Assembly (NCBI GenBank): GCA_965197585.1
Contig: OZ240215.1
Coordinates: 32,001 to 96,000, forward strand
Length of the DNA stretch: 64,000 bases
Reading direction: 5' to 3'
DNA from: Dehalococcoidia bacterium
GTDB taxonomy: Bacteria > Chloroflexota > Dehalococcoidia > Plut-88900
The position numbers and the translations under genes are program-made. This document shows, one piece after another, positions 30,110-39,926 of the stretch. The first letter of the stretch is position 1. Every line of letters begins with the position of its first letter. The notes under the pieces are model-generated. The model did not search any database. It was given only the letters and a program-made list of their open reading frames with translations, and was not told the origin of the DNA.

Positions 30110-30211
30110 AACTGTCCTCGTTTACTTCTCTCTATCCGGACCCAAGCTCTTGTACGGTTGCTTGTTCCAACTAAATAGCGTACTGAAAGACTGTACCATA
30201 AGCTTTGAGAT

Positions 30212-30299
30212 TGGTGCCCAACTCCACCCTCCAAACCGGGACAGGGTTTCCCCCATCGGCTTTTGAGACCACCGTCTCTGCCTATTCCCCCACTTCGGC
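30212..30299 (-). pseudogene. Degenerate full-length copy of tRNA-Leu(CAA)
   Basis: GCCGAAGTGGGGGAATAGGCAGAGACGGTGGTCTCAAAAGCCGATGGGGGAAACCCTGTCCCGGTTTGGAGGGTGGAGTTGGGCACCA aligns with the tRNA at 30614-30700; the anticodon stem and T-arm are disrupted. Confidence 0.8.
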
Positions 30300-30300
30300 C

Positions 30301-30591
30301 CTAACTCTCCGTTGCGCGGGCTAAGAAGTTGGAGGCGCGGCGGGCGCGGGCGAAGTCCTCGTCCGTCCATTCCCAAGTATCGGGGTCCCTGGCGATGCCG
30401 GAGTTGATTGCAGTCTCCTCACCGTACTCGGCCTCAATCTGGGCAAAGGTCATATCGCTAGCGACGATTTCCTGGAAGGAGAGCTTGGGCTTGTTCGGGT
30501 CTCCGAATTCGGCGGCGCCCCGCTCGCCCATGACCTGCGCGTATTCCTCAAAGGGAAGGCTGTCTATATCGGCCTCTTCGTAATGGTTCAT
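30301..30591 (-). CDS. Small acidic hypothetical protein with a BrnA-antitoxin-like motif
   Basis: 96 aa, MNHYEEAD...GIARDPDTWEWTDEDFARARRA; lies between the tRNA and its decayed copy. Confidence 0.5.
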   Translation of the reverse strand: MNHYEEADIDSLPFEEYAQVMGERGAAEFGDPNKPKLSFQEIVASDMTFAQIEAEYGEETAINSGIARDPDTWEWTDEDFARARRASNFLARATES

Positions 30592-30613
30592 AGTTGGTCC
30601 CAAAAGGATACGC

Positions 30614-30700
30614 TGGTGCCGAAGCCCGGACTCGAACCGGGACAGGGTTTCCCCCAGTGGTTTTTGAGACCACCGCGTCTGCCTATTCCGCCACTTCGGC
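30614..30700 (-). tRNA. tRNA-Leu(CAA)
   Basis: 87-nt cloverleaf with long variable arm, CT-CAA-AA loop, GGTTCGAGTCC, CCA end. Confidence 0.96.
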
Positions 30701-30727
30701 CCTGGATCGCTCGGTGGGGGTGGGTAG

Positions 30728-30803
<76 letters not shown>

Positions 30804-31006
30804 GTCAGCGATATATGTTAACACACCCCTTTTCACCGTCAATCGAGCCCAATCCTAATGTGACACGAACCCCTTGACTCACGCAAAACATATGTACTAT
30901 ATTACCCCCACAGGCCCCGACCTTGTACGTCGGCCCTAATCAAGGAAAGGTGGAACATCCGCCCAGCTGAAAGTCCGCCTTTGGCGGAGCGGAACCAAGG
31001 AGTCCC

Positions 31007-31924
31007 ATGAGTCGCACCAGCCTAATCAGGCCCCGTCGACCCCGAGCGGTATGCCGCCGCCCGGCCAACGGCACGCGCCTCCTCCCTAGTCCTCCGCACC
31101 TCAACACCCACTACAAGCGCTGCCCAAAGGCCCTACGCCTACGCCTTCGCAGCGATCAATCAACGTCCCTCCCGGTCTACGTGACCGGCTATGGAAGGTC
31201 CCCGGACAAAAACTGGCTTGCCCTCTCCAGGGGCCACTGCCAAGTGCGCGCCCCACTCACCCGGCGCATCCCTTTCGCCGCCTCAGGCGACGCCCCGGAG
31301 CACGGCGTCATAGTGCTCCCCTGGGCCATAGCGCCCTTCTCGGACTCCGCCGTCGCAGCCCTTGCCGGCGAGTCCGAACAGTCGGATGAGCGCCGACTCA
31401 AAACCAACGCACCATTTAAGGATTCCGCCGTCGCAGCCCTTGCCGGCCAGTCCGAACAGTCGGAAGAGCGCCGACTCAAAACCAACGCACCCTTTACGGA
31501 TTCCACCGTCGTCACCATCGGACAACTCCGGTCTACGAACGCCGGTCACGGGTCCACGCTCCCATCCCTCAGGGTGGTCGAGCACTTCCGGTGGTTCAGG
31601 CTGCCCCACACCGAGATTTCCTCGCGTCTCCTCCACGTCCTCTCAGAAGCACGGGGCTGTCGCAGAGCCGTCGCCGATGTGGAACATCCGCCTCGGAGGA
31701 TAGAACATCCGCTGTGGCGGACAATATGCATCCGTACAGGCGTCGACGCCTTCCTGCGCAACCGTCCGGGACCTTCCATCCCCTCCCACATGCCCCCACC
31801 ACCCTCCCCCTCTTCACCGGCTCACGCTGCTGAGAGTCCGCCTCAGGTGGGAGCAGCGTCGAAGGATCGAGCGCATCGAAGCGCGCACAAAACCCCCCCA
31901 CCCGCGAAAGGGACCGCCTATTAG
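31007..31924 (+). CDS. Hypothetical low-complexity protein (doubtful)
   Basis: AAGGAG RBS before ATG, open for 305 codons, in-frame 78-bp repeat; no recognisable domain. Confidence 0.3.
   Translation: MSRTSLIRPRRPRAVCRRPANGTRLLPSPPHLNTHYKRCPKALRLRLRSDQSTSLPVYVTGYGRSPDKNWLALSRGHCQVRAPLTRRIPFAASGDAPEHGVIVLPWAIAPFSDSAVAALAGESEQSDERRLKTNAPFKDSAVAALAGQSEQSEERRLKTNAPFTDSTVVTIGQLRSTNAGHGSTLPSLRVVEHFRWFRLPHTEISSRLLHVLSEARGCRRAVADVEHPPRRIEHPLWRTICIRTGVDAFLRNRPGPSIPSHMPPPPSPSSPAHAAESPPQVGAASKDRAHRSAHKTPPPAKGTAY
31342..31512 (+). repeat. 78-bp tandem repeat (about 2.2 copies)
   Basis: Units start at 31342, 31420 and 31498 (GGA(C/T)TCC(G/A)CCGTCG...CAAAACCAACGCACC). Confidence 0.85.
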
Positions 31925-32186
31925 CCCACGCCTCCCTAAAGTCCCATCCCTTCCCCATCACCTGCGCCGCCATCCCAAGGATATGGCGGAAAATTTTCCC
32001 GCAGAACAATCATACAGGCACGGATTCAATCAGAAACAACCAAAGCCCCCCATGAGACCTTTCGGCAAACCATGCGCCATGAAGTGGGGCAGAGGTGTAT
32101 CAAACCCCCTGTGCTATAATCCTCACGCCTAAAACCACGTTAAATTCCAGGCGCTTTGCCGCCTTCCTCAAGCCTAGGAGGAGCGA

Positions 32187-33032
32187 GTGTCCAAGTACTT
32201 AAACGTTGTCTCTCTGTCCCCCGGAGACGGTAAGTCCTCCCTGATCGCCGCCCTCGCTCACCGATGGCAGGGAATGGGCAAGACGGTCGAATCCGGTTCG
32301 GCCCCAGCAGAGACGGATGCCGACATAGTCCTTATTGAAGGAACGACAGGACAATCCGCCGACCCCTCGGTGCTGATCGTCGCCTTCTCCCGAGACTTGG
32401 ACCCCGGCTCCGTCAAATCCGCCGCCGAGTCACTGGGCGACTCCCTCGTAGGTGTGATCGTCAACCGGGTTCCGACGCTTGGCAACCGTGTAGCGGAGCG
32501 AGAACTGAAGCCCGCCCTCGAAGCGGCTGGCCTCCGGGTCCTGGGCCTCGTTCCCGAAGGCCGAGCCCTGTACGGCATCACCGTCGACGACCTCGTGGCC
32601 CGGCTCGAAGGCCGGTACGCCCTCGAGGCAGAGGGTCGGGACCTGCTGGTCGAGCACGTGATGGTCGGGGCAAACCTCCTGGACGCCGAGGACTTCCCCG
32701 CAGGCCCCGAATACTTCGGTCAGCGGGACAAGAAGGCGGTTATCGCCAAAGGTGACCGCCCCGACTTCCAGTGGGCCGCCATGAACACACCGACCCAGTG
32801 TCTCATCCTGACCGGTGACTTCGAGCCGATTCCCTACGTCCTGGAGCGGGCCAAGGAGCTGCAAGTAACCATCGCCGTCGTCGAGAAGGATACCCTCGAC
32901 ACCCTGGACGCCATCGAGGAGATCCTCTCGGGACCCGGGCTGGACGGTGATGCCAAGCTCCAGCAGTTCACCGCTCTCGTCGAAAGCTCCATCGACACCG
33001 CAGCCCTGGACCAGGCTCTGGGCGTCGGATAG
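32187..33032 (+). CDS. DRTGG-domain protein (phosphotransacetylase N-terminal/BioD-like)
   Basis: GDGKS P-loop, VLIEG, KGDRPDFQWAA, LILTG; extended -10 TGCTATAAT upstream. Confidence 0.82.
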   Translation: MSKYLNVVSLSPGDGKSSLIAALAHRWQGMGKTVESGSAPAETDADIVLIEGTTGQSADPSVLIVAFSRDLDPGSVKSAAESLGDSLVGVIVNRVPTLGNRVAERELKPALEAAGLRVLGLVPEGRALYGITVDDLVARLEGRYALEAEGRDLLVEHVMVGANLLDAEDFPAGPEYFGQRDKKAVIAKGDRPDFQWAAMNTPTQCLILTGDFEPIPYVLERAKELQVTIAVVEKDTLDTLDAIEEILSGPGLDGDAKLQQFTALVESSIDTAALDQALGVG

Positions 33033-33111
33033 CCTCCACGGTTGTCAGAACCCGCCGCGATTTATATAATTCGTGGTCTGCGCGAGCAAATCCAAAATGG
33101 GGGGCGGGTGA

Positions 33112-33486
33112 TTGAATGTCCTGGGTAACCACTTACTGCTGGAGTTGAAGAATTGTGACAGCGTCCTCCTGGACGATCTGTCTTTCGTAAGAGAAGCCCT
33201 TATGTCCGCGGCGCAGGAGATGGGGGCCCGAATCCTCGGAGAGTCCTTCCACAAGTTCCATCCCCAGGGCGTGACCGGCGTTGTGCCCATCTCCGAGTCC
33301 CACCTTTGCGTTCACACCTGGCCCGAGCACCGATACGCCGCCGTAGATGTTTTCACCTGCGGCCAGAGTTTCGACCCCAACAGGGTCGCCGAGCTTCTGA
33401 TAGAGAAGTTCAGGTGCGAAGACCCGTCCCTGATGGTAGTCAAGAGGGGCATCCTTACCCGCAGCCCCGTATCTGTCGGCTCCTAG
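33112..33486 (+). CDS. speD: S-adenosylmethionine decarboxylase proenzyme
   Basis: LGNHLLLE, FHKFHPQGVTG, SESHLCVHTWPE, DVFTCG. Confidence 0.94.
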   Translation: MNVLGNHLLLELKNCDSVLLDDLSFVREALMSAAQEMGARILGESFHKFHPQGVTGVVPISESHLCVHTWPEHRYAAVDVFTCGQSFDPNRVAELLIEKFRCEDPSLMVVKRGILTRSPVSVGS

Positions 33487-33519
33487 CCGCGTTGACTTCA
33501 GGCTAAGGCGGACGTAATC

Positions 33520-34434
33520 ATGACCCGGGACCCCAGCACCTGGTTCAGGGAGTCGGTCTCCGAGAACCTCTACCAGGAATGCAAAATCTCCGGTGTGGTC
33601 TACTCGGGGCAGAGCGGGTACCAGACCATCGAGATAGTCGACACCCTTGCCTTTGGTCGCGTCCTGGTCCTCGACGGCAAGACCCAGTCCGCCGAGTCGG
33701 ACGAGTTCATTTACCACGAGATGCTCGTCCATCCTGCCATAGTCACACACCCGGCCCCCGAGCGTGTGTTCATCGCCGGCGGCGGCGAAGGCGCCACCCT
33801 CAGGGAAGTCCTGTATCACAAGAGCGTTAAGCAAGCCGTAATGGTCGATATCGACCGTGACGTAATTGAAGCATCTCGCCGCTATCTCCCCGCCTGGCAC
33901 GACGGCGCATTCGATGATCCGCGCACTACCCTCCTCCACCAGGACGCAAAGGACTACCTGGAAAATACCGACGACACGTTCGACGTTATCTTCATCGATC
34001 TCTCCGACCCCGTGGAAGGCAACCCGTCCGCTCTTCTCTTCACCGAGCGCTTCTATAAGGTGGTGCGGGACAGACTGGCTCCCGGTGGCATCATGGCAAT
34101 CCAGGCCGAGACCGTAGACTTTCGCCGGAGCGCAGCATTCACGGCCATCTGCCACACATTGTCCGAGGTATTCGACAAGGTGGTGCCCTACCACGCCGTC
34201 GTACCGAGCTTCAGCGGCGATTGGGGCTTCGCCACCGCCAGCTCTGGCCTCGACCCCTCAACTCTCTCAATAGCCGACGTGGACTCTGCTATTGCCACCC
34301 GCATTTCCAAACCCTGCCGCGCCTACGATGGCCTCACGCACCAGGGCCTCTTCCTCCTCCCCCGCCTCCTCCGCGAAGAACTCGCCGCCGAGACTCACAT
34401 CCTCACCGAAGACAACCTATTGGTCGTGCCCTAG
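33520..34434 (+). CDS. speE: Polyamine aminopropyltransferase (spermidine synthase)
   Basis: LDGKTQS...DEFIYHEMLVHP, GGGEGATLRE, FDVIFID. Confidence 0.94.
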   Translation: MTRDPSTWFRESVSENLYQECKISGVVYSGQSGYQTIEIVDTLAFGRVLVLDGKTQSAESDEFIYHEMLVHPAIVTHPAPERVFIAGGGEGATLREVLYHKSVKQAVMVDIDRDVIEASRRYLPAWHDGAFDDPRTTLLHQDAKDYLENTDDTFDVIFIDLSDPVEGNPSALLFTERFYKVVRDRLAPGGIMAIQAETVDFRRSAAFTAICHTLSEVFDKVVPYHAVVPSFSGDWGFATASSGLDPSTLSIADVDSAIATRISKPCRAYDGLTHQGLFLLPRLLREELAAETHILTEDNLLVVP

Positions 34435-34484
34435 CCAAGTCGCCATACAGTCGCTGTCCTAAAGGGGTGGTGGGAGGGTTCAGT

Positions 34485-34525
34485 CCCCTCTTCCTCGATG
34501 GGAGAGGGCTAGGGTGAGGGTGAAA
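34485..34525. repeat. REP-like palindromic intergenic repeat, copy 2
   Basis: CCCCTCTTCCTCGATGGGAGAGGGCTAGGGTGAGGGTGAAA between convergent genes. Confidence 0.75.
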
Positions 34526-34575
34526 GTGATCCCACAATCACGCAGGGAGGATGTCCTGCTCACGGTAGGCTCCCC

Positions 34576-35358
34576 CTAGATCCCCACCCCAAAATACCGC
34601 TCGCTCCTCGCCCGTATGTACCTCTCACTTAAATGATTGAGAGCGCGCCGAGCCAGCGTGAAGTTCTCCGATAGCGTAGCCATCACATCCCCGAGTTCCG
34701 GCACGTCTAACTCCCTGGCGGCGAGACCGTAGAAGGTGCTGCCCTCCCGTTCGTAATCGGCGAGGGTTCGCCGATGGGCGAAGCGCCGACGCCGCGGGCT
34801 TCGGATGGCTTGGTGAGGATATACCCCGGTCATGAACAGCGCTATGTCCGCAATGCGGCGGTAGTAGTCGGGGCGCTCTGCGGGGTCGGCGTGGCGGGCG
34901 GCGTATATCATGTCGTCCATGTCCATGCTGCTGAAGCGGCGTTTTCTCAGCCGACCACGCTCCAGGGAGTAGACCACGGTGGACTGGGTCTTGGAGAAGG
35001 AAGACATCATGTCCGCGAGATAGTCTCGAGGCGGCTCCTCGTCGAGAAGATCGGCCACTTTGGAAGACTCGAATACGGGTATGACCTCGCCCCGATCGCC
35101 TATCTCGTTGATGTAGGGCTGGTTGTCCAGGTCCCGACGCGTCTGGCGTAGCAGTATTGTGAACAACAGCCGGGGCGAAATATGCACGACCGCCTCCTCG
35201 TCGTCCAGCACCCTCTCAACGAGGCGCGCATCCCCGATCATGGCGTCCAGGATGTCGGGCTTATCGCGTACGGATTCAGATACCCTGGCACGGTCTCGCA
35301 TGTCCGGGTAGAGGGTCTCGACGATGAATTTTAGATCGGCGTCTGAGAGTATGAACAT
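34576..35358 (-). CDS. Hypothetical protein
   Basis: 260-aa ORF with protein-like composition (ISPRLLF, YLADMMSSF, RIADIALFMTGVYP); function not recognised. Confidence 0.75.
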   Translation of the reverse strand: MFILSDADLKFIVETLYPDMRDRARVSESVRDKPDILDAMIGDARLVERVLDDEEAVVHISPRLLFTILLRQTRRDLDNQPYINEIGDRGEVIPVFESSKVADLLDEEPPRDYLADMMSSFSKTQSTVVYSLERGRLRKRRFSSMDMDDMIYAARHADPAERPDYYRRIADIALFMTGVYPHQAIRSPRRRRFAHRRTLADYEREGSTFYGLAARELDVPELGDVMATLSENFTLARRALNHLSERYIRARSERYFGVGI

Positions 35359-35370
35359 GGGGGTGGGGGG

Positions 35371-35445
35371 TGGAGCGGGCGAAGGGATTCGAACCCTCGA
35401 CCTCCTGCTTGGGAAGCAGACACTCTACCACTGAGTTACGCCCGC
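35371..35445 (-). tRNA. tRNA-Gly(CCC)
   Basis: GCGGGCGTAACTCAGTGGTAGAGTGTCTGCTTCCCAAGCAGGAGGTCGAGGGTTCGAATCCCTTCGCCCGCTCCA. Confidence 0.97.
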
Positions 35446-35499
35446 GCCTGACTTAACTTTACGATGATGGGGCGGAAGGCGTCAAATTGGCCTCTGGTA

Positions 35500-36006
35500 C
35501 TACCGCAACCGCCCGATCGCGTAGAACACCCCCACCCCCAGGAACAGCAGCAGATACACGTCCACCGATATCACATACCGAGCAAAAGTCTGCCCCGATA
35601 GGTCATAGAAGAACGCCGCCTGGATAGCCTTACCGACAAAGCTGCTCGCTATCACACTCACTGCGGCGATAACCTGCAGCCCGAGGCCCCGCTTCCTGTT
35701 CGCAACCCTCGAAATCCCCTCCCCTATCGCCAGCCCCACTACTATCGAGGTGATGATGGAGGCAAACGGCACCCCGCGCAGCAGGGCCCACACGACTCCC
35801 CCGGCCAACGCCAACCCGAGCCCCGCGCCCGCGGCCTTAACGTAGAAGAGGGCGCTAACCTCGTAGATAGGGGAACGGCGGACGTTGGCGCACTCCTTGC
35901 ACCGCGCCCCGACAGGCGTGTGGACCAGACACCTGGGGCATATGGGCTTATCGCACTTGCCGCAGGAAAGAAGTGTCTCCGTATTAGGGTGAGTAGCGCA
36001 CTGCAT
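35500..36006 (-). CDS. B-box zinc finger membrane protein
   Basis: CATHP...CGKCDKPICPRC...PVGARCKEC plus TM helices. Confidence 0.85.
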   Translation of the reverse strand: MQCATHPNTETLLSCGKCDKPICPRCLVHTPVGARCKECANVRRSPIYEVSALFYVKAAGAGLGLALAGGVVWALLRGVPFASIITSIVVGLAIGEGISRVANRKRGLGLQVIAAVSVIASSFVGKAIQAAFFYDLSGQTFARYVISVDVYLLLFLGVGVFYAIGRLR

Positions 36007-36038
36007 GTGAGATTAATGAGCAGGGCCAGGTGTCGAGC

Positions 36039-36482
36039 CTACCCCAAATCGCCGAGAGCAAATGTGAGCTCTCCGGCCGCCACAGTCTTCCCGTCTACCT
36101 CGGCCTTCGCCTTCGCCTTGCCCACCGGCCCCCGCATCCGCTCCAGGGACACCTCCATGCGGAGTACGTCACCGGGCTGTACAGGCTTGCGGAACCGAAA
36201 CGAGTCGATCCCTGCGAAATAGCCAACCTTGCCCCGGTTCTCCTCCAAGCTTAGTAGCGCCACGGACCCGACCTGCGCCAGGGCCTCCACGATGAGGACT
36301 CCGGGCATGATGGGGTAACCGGGAAAGTGGCCCTGGAAGAATGGCTCGTTGATGCTGACGTTCTTCAGTCCCACGGCTCGGGACCCTGGTTCCAGCTCTA
36401 TAATCCGGTCGACCATCAGGAAGGGCCACCGGTGAGGCAGAAGTTCCTGGATCTGTTGGGCCGACAGCACCGTTTCGCTCAT
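36039..36482 (-). CDS. fabZ: 3-hydroxyacyl-ACP dehydratase
   Basis: [22 protein letters not shown]...[12 protein letters not shown]. Confidence 0.96.
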   Translation of the reverse strand: MSETVLSAQQIQELLPHRWPFLMVDRIIELEPGSRAVGLKNVSINEPFFQGHFPGYPIMPGVLIVEALAQVGSVALLSLEENRGKVGYFAGIDSFRFRKPVQPGDVLRMEVSLERMRGPVGKAKAKAEVDGKTVAAGELTFALGDLG

Positions 36483-36483
36483 G

Positions 36484-37317
36484 CTATCCGCCTTTCGAAT
36501 CCCCGATTCCCAAAAGCCTGACAACCGAGGACTCGGGAACGTCCACGTCTCCCAGGTCTACGTCGGGCCCGAGACCCGGCCCGTGGTAGTCGCTGCCACC
36601 GCAGGGGACTAATTCGTGCATGTCGGCTAGGCGTTTGAGTCGTGCGACCTGGTCGGGTGTATACCTGGCGTAGTACACCTCCATCCCGGCGAGCCCGTCG
36701 GCCTTCATGCTAGGTAGCAGGGACTCGACGTTCCGGGTGAAGCTCGGGTGCGCCAGCACCGCCCGCCCCCCGACTGACTGGATCAGCTTGATCGCGTCGG
36801 CGGGAGTTAACTTCACCCTGCCGACGTACGCGGGCCCGTCTCGGCCTATATACATATCAAAGGCTTCTTGCACCGACTTAACGTGACCCCGTTCAACCAT
36901 AGCTTGGGCAACGTGGGGCCTGCCAATCGCTCCGTCTCCCGCGATCTCCTTGACCCTCTCCCAGTCGATCTCCAGCCCAATCTCACTCAGCTTTTTGACC
37001 ATGCTCTCGGCCCGACCCACGCGTCCCTCACGGAATCTCTCCATCTCGCTCTGAAAGGCCGGGGCCTCGTAAGAATCGAGATAGCCCAGTATGTGGACTT
37101 CGCCCTCGGGCACGTCTGCGCTGAGCTCGACGCCCGGGATGATGGTGAGGGATGGGTGCCTCTCAGCGCGTTCGAAGGCGCGGGCGAGGCCGCCAGTTGT
37201 GTCGTGGTCGGTAATGGCCAGGAAGCGGACACCTTTACTAGCGGCGTGGTCGACAAGCTCTTCCGGAGATAGGACGCCGTCGGAGATAGTGGTGTGAGTG
37301 TGGAGGTCTACGTGCAC
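36484..37317 (-). CDS. PHP domain phosphoesterase (TrpH/YciV-like)
   Basis: [34 protein letters not shown]. Confidence 0.92.
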   Translation of the reverse strand: MHVDLHTHTTISDGVLSPEELVDHAASKGVRFLAITDHDTTGGLARAFERAERHPSLTIIPGVELSADVPEGEVHILGYLDSYEAPAFQSEMERFREGRVGRAESMVKKLSEIGLEIDWERVKEIAGDGAIGRPHVAQAMVERGHVKSVQEAFDMYIGRDGPAYVGRVKLTPADAIKLIQSVGGRAVLAHPSFTRNVESLLPSMKADGLAGMEVYYARYTPDQVARLKRLADMHELVPCGGSDYHGPGLGPDVDLGDVDVPESSVVRLLGIGDSKGG

Positions 37318-37320
37318 GGG

Positions 37321-38088
37321 TCAGTCCAGAAACCTGTCTACGCGTTGTATGGCCGTGGCCTTCCCGGTGGAGGCGTCGATATCGATTAGCGCCGAGCTGA
37401 AGCGCACAGGGCCCTTGGCCACCGACATTCGGTGGTTCATCTGGGTAAGGAAGCGCTCGATAATTGGCTCGGGATCATCGCCGATAATGGACTGCGACGG
37501 GCCGACCATGCCGAGGTCGGTGACGTAGGCCGTTCCCCCGGGTAGTACCATGGTGTCGATGGTGCCGACGTGGGTGTGAGTCCCAACTACGGCGCTGACC
37601 CGGCCGTTCAAGTACCAGCCCATAGCGCCCTTTTCGGAAGTGGCCTCGCCGTGGAAGTCGACCAAAGTGACCCGGGGCCGGTCTCGAGTGCCTTTCAGCA
37701 GACCGTCCATGGCCCTGAATGGACAATCATAGTCCTTCATGAACACGCGCCCGATGATATTGACTACCAGGACGTCCTGGAAAATGAGGTAGCCGCGGCC
37801 CGGCAGGCCGGGTGGGAAGTTGAGGGGCCGCAGGACGGGAGCCTCCGAGTCCAGATACTCAATGATCTCCTGCTGGTCCCAGACGTGGTTCCCGGTGGTG
37901 ATCACGTCCACTCCCGCATCCAGAAGCTCATCCGATGTGCTGGGAGTAAGCCCGAATCCCCCGGCACTGTTCTCGGCGTTGGCGACAACCAGGTCAACCC
38001 CGAACTCGTTTTTGATGCCCGGAAGAAGGGTGCGCACGGCGCGCCTGCCCGGCTTGCCGACTATGTCGCCGATCATCAGTACTCGCAC
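37321..38088 (-). CDS. ymdB: YmdB/TIGR00282 metallophosphoesterase
   Basis: GDIVGKPGR, TGNHVWD, DFHGEATSEK, GTHTHV. Confidence 0.93.
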   Translation of the reverse strand: MRVLMIGDIVGKPGRRAVRTLLPGIKNEFGVDLVVANAENSAGGFGLTPSTSDELLDAGVDVITTGNHVWDQQEIIEYLDSEAPVLRPLNFPPGLPGRGYLIFQDVLVVNIIGRVFMKDYDCPFRAMDGLLKGTRDRPRVTLVDFHGEATSEKGAMGWYLNGRVSAVVGTHTHVGTIDTMVLPGGTAYVTDLGMVGPSQSIIGDDPEPIIERFLTQMNHRMSVAKGPVRFSSALIDIDASTGKATAIQRVDRFLD

Positions 38089-38192
38089 TTAGGCGCTCCC
38101 ACAATCGTCCGTGACCGAACGTCCGGCAAGGTTATGCGCCCAAGTTTCCGAGCTGGGCCGGGAAGAGAGATGGGTACGTGCGGTAATGGAAA

Positions 38193-39719
38193 TCAGCGCG
38201 CGGTCCCCAGGGCCCTGGTCTCCCGGATGATGGTTACCTTGATCTCGCCGGGATAGACCAGCTCAGCCTCGATCTTCTTCGAGACCTCTCGGGCCAGCCG
38301 GGATGCCCCGATGTCGTCGATAATTTCGGGCTTGACCATGATGCGGATCTCACGGCCTGCCTGAATGGCGAAGGACTTCTGCACACCGTTGAAGCTGTTT
38401 GCCACCTCTTCAAGGGCGCGAAGGCGTTTGATGTAGTGCTCTACGCTATCGCGCCGGGCCCCGGGCCTGGCGCCACTTATGGCGTCGGCTGCAGCGACTA
38501 TGAAAGCCTCGACGTTGACCCGGTCCTCTTCGTGGTGCTCCTCGACGGCCTTAACAACCTCGGCGCGGATGTGGTACTTGCGAGCAATGTCCGCCCCGAT
38601 CTCGGCGTGGCCGCCCTGCACCTCGTGAGTCAGGGCCTTGCCGATGTCATGGAGGAGACCGGCCTTCTTGGCGATGTCCACGTTGGCGCCGATCTCGGCG
38701 GCTATCATACCCGCCAGATGGGCCACTTCCACAGAGTGTTTCAGGATGTTGTGGCCGTAGCTGTACCTGAACTTGAGCTGGCCGACCAGCTTGACGAGAT
38801 CCGGGTGGAAGCCGGTGATGCCCAGCTCGTACAGGGCTTCCTTGCCTGAGGTCCTCATGCCTTCTTCGACCTCTGCCTGGGTCTTCTGGACTATGTCCTC
38901 GATCCGGGCGGGGTGAATTCGGCCGTCGCCGACAAGCTTGGTCACGGCGACCTTTGCAACCTCGCGGCGCACGGGATCGAATGTGGAGACGGTGACGGCC
39001 TCGGGGGTGTCGTCGATTATGAGGTCGACGCCCGTGGCCCTTTCGAGGGCCCTGATGTTGCGGCCCTCACGCCCGATTAGCCTCCCCTTCATGTCATCGC
39101 TGGGGAGAGGTATGACGGCGGATGTAGTCTCGGAAACTACGTCGGAGGTCAGGCGTTGAATGGAAAGTGCGATGGCCTTGCGGGCCTTCATGTCCGCATC
39201 TTCCTTCATCCGAAGCTCAAGCTCGTATGTGCGGCGGTCAATCTCGCCTTGCGCGGCTTCTATGGCCTCACCAATGACCTTGTCGCGGGCCTCCTCTACG
39301 GTGAGGCTGGAGATGGTCTCCAGCTTCTGGAGCTGGAGCTCCTTCAGTTCTTCTGCTTCGGCTACCTTTCGCTCTAACGCCTCCTCTTTGTCACTAAGGT
39401 TCTGGAGCCTGCGGTCAACGGATTCCACCTTGCGGTCGAGAGTTTCCTCTTTTTGGGTTAAGCGTTTTTCCTGACGTCTGACTTCGTTTCTTCTTTCTTT
39501 GTACTCGTTCTCTGCCGACCTGCGAATCTGGAGCACTTCCTCTCTAGCTTCGAGAAGTAGCGCCTTCTGCTTGCCTTCGGCTTCAGTAAGAAGAGCTGCC
39601 GCTTGTGCCTCTGCCTGTCTCTTTTGCTTGGCCAGTATCAAGTGACGAGAGAAGAAACCTATTAACCCACCTAGAAGAATGCCCCCAACGGCGCACAAGA
39701 TGGCTACTAGAATAGCCAT
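38193..39719 (-). CDS. rny: Ribonuclease Y
   Basis: N-terminal TM and coiled coil, KH domain (KGRLIGREGRNIR), HD domain (LLHDIGK), GARPGAR. Confidence 0.97.
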   Translation of the reverse strand: MAILVAILCAVGGILLGGLIGFFSRHLILAKQKRQAEAQAAALLTEAEGKQKALLLEAREEVLQIRRSAENEYKERRNEVRRQEKRLTQKEETLDRKVESVDRRLQNLSDKEEALERKVAEAEELKELQLQKLETISSLTVEEARDKVIGEAIEAAQGEIDRRTYELELRMKEDADMKARKAIALSIQRLTSDVVSETTSAVIPLPSDDMKGRLIGREGRNIRALERATGVDLIIDDTPEAVTVSTFDPVRREVAKVAVTKLVGDGRIHPARIEDIVQKTQAEVEEGMRTSGKEALYELGITGFHPDLVKLVGQLKFRYSYGHNILKHSVEVAHLAGMIAAEIGANVDIAKKAGLLHDIGKALTHEVQGGHAEIGADIARKYHIRAEVVKAVEEHHEEDRVNVEAFIVAAADAISGARPGARRDSVEHYIKRLRALEEVANSFNGVQKSFAIQAGREIRIMVKPEIIDDIGASRLAREVSKKIEAELVYPGEIKVTIIRETRALGTAR

Positions 39720-39787
39720 CCGTACCTCACTTTCATTGTGCTTATGTGTTAAGTGCCCTTAAGAAATGGGGGGCCATTTAACAATTT

Positions 39788-39816
39788 ATGATAGGGAGTC
39801 GGCGCGATGGTGTCAA
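39788..39816 (-). promoter_or_regulatory. Sigma70 promoter of the rny operon
   Basis: Minus strand TTGACA-17 nt-TATCAT. Confidence 0.65.
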
Positions 39817-39926
39817 GAAAAAGCAGGTTCATGGGACGGCACCCCACCCCACCCACTCCCCCACAAGGGCACGGCATCGAGGTGGTATTAAACGGGTGTC
39901 TAAATTCTGTTTTGGGCTCGAAAGCC

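Noticed and set aside
31342-31512. CRISPR array
   Set aside because: Contiguous 78-bp units with no unique spacers and no cas genes.
38089-38192. Possible riboswitch between rny and ymdB
   Set aside because: A hairpin (GCCCA...TGGGC) is present but I could not match it to a known aptamer consensus.
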